Below, in pieces: positions 58,471-64,000 of a stretch of DNA of 64,000 nt (positions are counted from its first letter, which is position 1; the number at the start of each line of letters is the position of its first letter). The DNA lies in contig JACAEX010000043.1 in NCBI GenBank assembly GCA_013388635.1, forward strand, positions 44,073-108,072. Reading direction: 5' to 3'. The translations under genes and the position numbers were made by a program. A model generated the notes under the pieces. The model had not been told where the DNA came from. It worked only from the letters and a program-made list of their open reading frames with translations, and ran no database searches. The stretch comes from Syntrophaceae bacterium. GTDB taxonomy: Bacteria > Desulfobacterota > BSN033 > UBA1163.

Positions 58471-59523
58471 TCATTCCAGAAAAGAAGCAACTGCAGATTT
58501 ATCTCCTGAGGCTTTAACCCTCCTAAAGAATTCGATGACCCTCCTGAGATCCTTTCCTTGACTTTCATAGAGGGTCTCAAACTTCTCGAGGCGGTGGACG
58601 TATCGCCGATAGGCCAGCAGCACGGCATTATTGAGATCCATCCTGTCAAAGTCTTTGTAACAGTCCGTTTTCAATCGAACCTTTATCTCTTTAAAATCCT
58701 CTTTGATCGATCGAAATATCTCTTCCCTCCCTCTTAATTTTTCTTCTCTTGGGATCTCTTTCGCATAATAGGTGGATAGCCGTTGACAGGCCTGATCGAT
58801 CCATCTGGAGAAGAAAAGGTCGTCCTCCTGGATCCGTATGGCCTCGGCCACCTCCTTCGATCCTGGCCCAAATTTCTCGATCAGAAATTCGATCGCCCCT
58901 CGATTCCCGATGAAGGTGGCCAGCTGCTCATTGAAATCGGTCTGGCCTTTGAAATAGATCGTGGAATGGGTCATCTCATGAAGGATCAGATTGGTTAGGA
59001 TTACCCGATCCCATTCCATCATCGAGGAGAAAATAGGATCTTTCAACCATCCGAGTGTGCTGTAAGCCCCGGCCTGCTGGATGAACGTATCCAATCCATT
59101 TCTTTCAAGAAAGTCCTTCTCCCGTAAAACCCCCCGCCGGGTGAAAAAACCTTTGTAATCGACCCTGCCGATGAAGGGAAAACTCCAGCTGTAAGGTTGG
59201 AGACGATCTTTCTCAGAAGCCGTGATCACATGGAGAACCGGACCTTTGACCTCGAAAAATCTTGAATAACTCTTCGTCCTTCTCAGACCTAGCCTCTCCT
59301 CACCAAACCTCTTCACCTCCTGGATGAAACGGATCTGATCCTTCCACTCGACGCTTACGCTCTCATCATCCAACACCTCCTCGACGGGAACGCTGTGAAA
59401 CGTGATAAAGGATTGATGCCATCCCATTTTCGACAGGTAGAGGAGATTTCCACACCCGCTCAAAGGGATGAGAAGAAAGGCGAGCGATATGAGGGATGCT
59501 AAAGAACCCAGCTTAGAGTGAAT
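58471..59523 (-). CDS. Putative Zn aminopeptidase lipoprotein
   Basis: AYSTLGWLKDP, HEMTH, FNEQLA; lipobox LSGC; start uncertain (ATT 59523 vs TTG 59463). Confidence 0.75.
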   Translation of the reverse strand: MHSKLGSLASLISLAFLLIPLSGCGNLLYLSKMGWHQSFITFHSVPVEEVLDDESVSVEWKDQIRFIQEVKRFGEERLGLRRTKSYSRFFEVKGPVLHVITASEKDRLQPYSWSFPFIGRVDYKGFFTRRGVLREKDFLERNGLDTFIQQAGAYSTLGWLKDPIFSSMMEWDRVILTNLILHEMTHSTIYFKGQTDFNEQLATFIGNRGAIEFLIEKFGPGSKEVAEAIRIQEDDLFFSRWIDQACQRLSTYYAKEIPREEKLRGREEIFRSIKEDFKEIKVRLKTDCYKDFDRMDLNNAVLLAYRRYVHRLEKFETLYESQGKDLRRVIEFFRRVKASGDKSAVASFLE

Positions 59524-59531
59524 AGCCGAAC

Positions 59532-61478
59532 CTACTCCTCTTTCCTCAATTTCTGTAAGATGATTACGGCGGCCATCAGCCCAAACCCAACCGCGTCATA
59601 GGAAGGGATCGGGTAGACCAGCAGAAGTCCTGCCGCAATGAGCATGATCCGTTCATAGATCGTGGTCTTCCTTAAAAACCAGTTTTCGACTCCGCCAGCC
59701 AGAGCCAGGATCCCGACAAAAGCCGTGACCGTTGTCCAGATGACATCGATCACCGGCCCTTTGAGCAGAATGCCAACCCCTTTGGGATCGAGAGTGAACA
59801 TGAAAGGCACGATGAAGGCGGGCAGAGTATACTTCCATGCATACATCGTCGTCTTGTACGGATTCCCCTTGGTCAAGGCAGCCGCCGCGAAGCATGAGAG
59901 GGCTGTTGGTGGAGAGACCTCCGAAAGAATCGCATAGTAGAATATAAACATATGAGCAGCGAAGTTAGGGATTCCCAGATGGATCAATGCCGGTGCCGCG
60001 ATCACCGCAGAAATGATGTAAGAGGCGGTAACCGGAACAGCCAGACCAATCACCCAAACAATGAGCGCCGTATAAACTGCTGTTAGGAAAACGCTCCCCC
60101 CGGCATAAGCAATAATGATCGAACTGAATTTTAATCCCAGACCTGTCAGGGTCACCACACCGACGATGATCCCCGCGGCTGCGCAGGTGGTGGCAACCGT
60201 TAGAACCCCGATCGAACCTCCTCTCAACGCTTGAATCAATTTCTTCGGACCAAGGGCTGTATCTTTTCGGATGAAACTCACTGCAAAGGTGATCACCGTT
60301 GCCCAGAAGACCGCCATGATGGGCGTAAAGCCGATGATCATGATGACCACAATCGCAATAAGGGAGATGAAATGGAATCCGTAGAGATACGTAAGCTGAC
60401 CCAGACTATAGGTTTTATCAAAGGCTATCTCCTTGACCCCGAATTTCTTGGCATCCAGTTCCACCATCAAAAAGATGGACCAATAATAGAGGCAGGTCGG
60501 AATGGAGGCCATGATGATCACATCTAAGTAGGAGATCTTTAAGAATTCAGCGATGAGAAAGGCCGCTGCTCCTAAGACAGGAGGGGAGAGAATCGCCCCT
60601 ATACCCCCTGCAGAGAGAAGCCCCCCTGCAGCATCCCTGCTATACCCTGCCTTGGCGAGCATGGGATAGGCCACCGATCCCAATGTAACAGTCGTAGCCA
60701 CACCACTTCCGGAAGGGCCTCCGAGGAGAAAAGAGGCCAGCGTCACAGTCCGGCCCGCACCGGTCGGCTTCCCTCCCATCGCTGCAAAAGAGAAGTCAAT
60801 GAAGAATTTTCCAGCGCCTGAAAATTCTAAAAAGGCCCCCCAAATGGTGAAGAGAATAATGAATGTGGAGGAGACATCGATCGGGACTCCGAAGATCCCT
60901 TCGAGGGTCATATACATATGGCCTACAATGCGATCGATATCATATCCTCGATGGGTCCAGGGAGCCGGAAGCTGCGGCCCGACAAGGGCATAAACGAGAA
61001 ACGCTATGACGATTACAAGCATGATCCATCCCGTCGTCCTGCGCGTTGCTTCTAAAATAAGAAGAATCAGAATCACCCCAAAAAAGATATCCCAGGAATT
61101 TGGAACAACGGAACGGTAGATAAAATCTTCAAAGTCGATCAACATATAGCCAATCGTGGCGATTCCGAGAAGGGCGAGAAGAAAATCATACCAGATGATC
61201 CGATTCCTAAATCGCTTCAAGGAAGGGAAGACGAGAAAGGAGAGAAAGAGAACGAACATCACATGGATTCCCCTTAAGATCTGGGTCATAATAATGCCGA
61301 TGGCTGCATAGAGGTGGATCAGTGACATGGCGACCGCTACGACTGTGATAAACAAGTCCATCTTCCCCGTGAGGCGACGAGAAGAGCCTTCCTCTTCCTC
61401 GATATACTTCTCAGCCTCTTTCAGGGCCTCTTCCGTAATGACCGGTTCCTGATTATCTCGTCTCTTTTCCTCTTCCAT
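59532..61478 (-). CDS. TRAP fused permease (4TM/12TM)
   Basis: LEATRRTTG, GPSGSGVA, PPVLGAAAF, SPPTAL. Confidence 0.9.
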   Translation of the reverse strand: MEEEKRRDNQEPVITEEALKEAEKYIEEEEGSSRRLTGKMDLFITVVAVAMSLIHLYAAIGIIMTQILRGIHVMFVLFLSFLVFPSLKRFRNRIIWYDFLLALLGIATIGYMLIDFEDFIYRSVVPNSWDIFFGVILILLILEATRRTTGWIMLVIVIAFLVYALVGPQLPAPWTHRGYDIDRIVGHMYMTLEGIFGVPIDVSSTFIILFTIWGAFLEFSGAGKFFIDFSFAAMGGKPTGAGRTVTLASFLLGGPSGSGVATTVTLGSVAYPMLAKAGYSRDAAGGLLSAGGIGAILSPPVLGAAAFLIAEFLKISYLDVIIMASIPTCLYYWSIFLMVELDAKKFGVKEIAFDKTYSLGQLTYLYGFHFISLIAIVVIMIIGFTPIMAVFWATVITFAVSFIRKDTALGPKKLIQALRGGSIGVLTVATTCAAAGIIVGVVTLTGLGLKFSSIIIAYAGGSVFLTAVYTALIVWVIGLAVPVTASYIISAVIAAPALIHLGIPNFAAHMFIFYYAILSEVSPPTALSCFAAAALTKGNPYKTTMYAWKYTLPAFIVPFMFTLDPKGVGILLKGPVIDVIWTTVTAFVGILALAGGVENWFLRKTTIYERIMLIAAGLLLVYPIPSYDAVGFGLMAAVIILQKLRKEE

Positions 61479-61968
61479 GAATCTCCCGTGACCGGAACTG
61501 ATCGAGAAGGTATTTTCCCAATGTGACCGATTCCACTCTTAACCGGATCCGATCCCCCTTCTCTCCGATCTCGCTCAAATAGATCTTCTCATCTCGAACG
61601 ATCAATCCCTGCCCCTCGCCCATCCCCCTCCGAATGATGAAGAGGGCCCCCAGTCTCCGATTCAACGGATGGAATTCTCCCCCGTCCTCGAACCCGTAGT
61701 ATTCCATGACAGCAGAACTTTTCGTTCTGACCCATTTCAGGACAATAGCCCCTTGTTCTACCTCAAATTCTTCGATGACGGGTTCCAGATAAATCGAGTG
61801 AATATAGAAGATAGAAAATTTCTCCGAAGGATGGAGACGGATCGCCATTGCTCTTGGATGATCCATATTCTCCAGGCGGAGAATCACGATCTTCTTTAAA
61901 AACAAAACCCCTCCTGCGATGATCGATATGACAATTAATGCCAGAAGGGGCCAGGCTTTTCGTTTCAA
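61453..61968 (-). CDS. DUF1850-like protein associated with TAXI-TRAP systems
   Basis: N-terminal TM segment, YIHSIY-x-PVIE; lies between the TAXI and permease genes. Confidence 0.65.
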   Translation of the reverse strand: MKRKAWPLLALIVISIIAGGVLFLKKIVILRLENMDHPRAMAIRLHPSEKFSIFYIHSIYLEPVIEEFEVEQGAIVLKWVRTKSSAVMEYYGFEDGGEFHPLNRRLGALFIIRRGMGEGQGLIVRDEKIYLSEIGEKGDRIRLRVESVTLGKYLLDQFRSREIHGRGKETR

Positions 61969-62928
61969 TTATTTAAGTTTCAGTCCTTTCTCTCCAAGGT
62001 ACCGAATTACTCCCGGATGGAATGGAAAAGGAGACCCTCCGACCTGACGCTCCAGTGACAACCATCTTGCTTCTCGATGGACGTTGGTCAGGTCTAATTT
62101 ATAGCCAAAGAGCGTCTTTATAATGTCATAGGCCACATCGCCTTTCATCTTCTCATGGCAGACAAGGAGATTCCATACTACGGCAATCGGGACATCCACA
62201 GTCTGGCCGGGATAGCTTTTGGCTGGAATGATCCCTTTCACATAAATAGGTCCATACTTCTCCCTCATCTTAGGAATCGCATCCTCGTGACCGATCAGTT
62301 TTATCTTGATTCCCGGAGTTGCGGCCAAATCGGTCACCGAGGCGGTTGGGATCCCTCCATCCCAGAAGTAAGCATCGATCTTTCTATCCTTTAATGCACC
62401 AGCTGATTCAGAGGCACCCAATCTATCTCTCTTCATATCCTTATCCGGGTCCAATCCGTAAGCCTCTAAAACCCTCAGGGCCTTCACCTCAGTTCCACTG
62501 CCAGGGGAACCTGTCGAAACCCTTCTGCCTTTCAGATCGCTCACGTTCTCAATACCAGTCCCCTCTAATGTTACAATATGCATGTTATTTGGATAAAGGA
62601 CTGCTATAGCTCTCAGAGGAATCTTAGCCTTAAATTTTCCCTTTCCCTGATAGGCATCCCACCCCACGTCTGCCATGATCAGGGCTAAGTCAGCTTTTCC
62701 CGCACCGACCAGGAGGCAGTTGTCCACAGAAGCAGACGTCACTTCTGCGGTGGCTTCAACGTAGGGGATGTACTTAGACAATATATTGGCCATTCCTCCA
62801 CCCAGTGGATAATACACGCCTCCTGTACCCCCGGTAGCGATGGATAACCGAACCGACTTCTGCGCATATGCGAAGGAAAAAGAGAAAACCAAAACCAGGA
62901 TGGTTCCAAGGATCAATACCCGTCGCAT
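61969..62928 (-). CDS. TAXI-family TRAP solute-binding protein
   Basis: IATGGTGGVYYPLG, ASVDN, DLKGRRVSTGSPGSGTE, FHPG. Confidence 0.93.
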   Translation of the reverse strand: MRRVLILGTILVLVFSFSFAYAQKSVRLSIATGGTGGVYYPLGGGMANILSKYIPYVEATAEVTSASVDNCLLVGAGKADLALIMADVGWDAYQGKGKFKAKIPLRAIAVLYPNNMHIVTLEGTGIENVSDLKGRRVSTGSPGSGTEVKALRVLEAYGLDPDKDMKRDRLGASESAGALKDRKIDAYFWDGGIPTASVTDLAATPGIKIKLIGHEDAIPKMREKYGPIYVKGIIPAKSYPGQTVDVPIAVVWNLLVCHEKMKGDVAYDIIKTLFGYKLDLTNVHREARWLSLERQVGGSPFPFHPGVIRYLGEKGLKLK

Positions 62929-62962
62929 AACAAGACCTCCTTTCCAGAATTTTAGTTATGCT

Positions 62963-62992
62963 TTTATATCAAGAATCGGTCATCGTTGTCAA
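62963..62992 (-). promoter_or_regulatory. Putative promoter of the TAXI operon
   Basis: Minus strand TTGACA-N18-TATAAA with TG extension. Confidence 0.5.
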
Positions 62993-63134
62993 TAAAAAGT
63001 TTCCACTTGAAGCATTCATCTCCTTGATCAATCACGAGGCTTTCTACGGGGGGTAAAGGAAATCGGGTGGGCATATACTTCATTGCAGATTTCAAATCGA
63101 AGATCCCTAATTGACCACTGGTCATTGATGCTTG

Positions 63135-64000
<866 letters not shown>

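Overview
Bacterial chromosomal segment, by eye about 55% GC and GATC-rich. Gene content and intergenic repeats suggest an anaerobic Desulfobacterota/Deltaproteobacteria-like organism (inference). Positions 1-43 kb are a dense organic-acid, sugar-acid and peptide scavenging region: one TAXI-TRAP, one DctPQM-TRAP, two TTT (TctABC) and two ABC importers, four stand-alone cupins, two IlvD/Edd dehydratases, a split UxaA dehydratase, KduD, an IolB/KduI isomerase, FAH, BKACE, LarA-like and DapA-like enzymes, and an IclR regulator. It is interrupted at 29.9-31.8 kb by an AT-rich BstYI-like type II R-M system, followed by a decayed integron attC-like site containing a 19-bp palindrome insertion and then a collapsed second cassette. 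The right part holds panB, two B12-radical SAM genes, queF, arsC, an acyl-CoA dehydrogenase/Etf operon whose EtfA is fused to an XRE-HTH-cupin regulator, an HD-GYP-like/adenylate cyclase pair, ino1 and a second TAXI-TRAP. Intergenic regions carry several 6-7-bp periodic tracts and MITE/REP-like hairpins. I saw no rRNA, tRNA, CRISPR array, integrase or transposase. All calls come from motif recognition; no database search was run.
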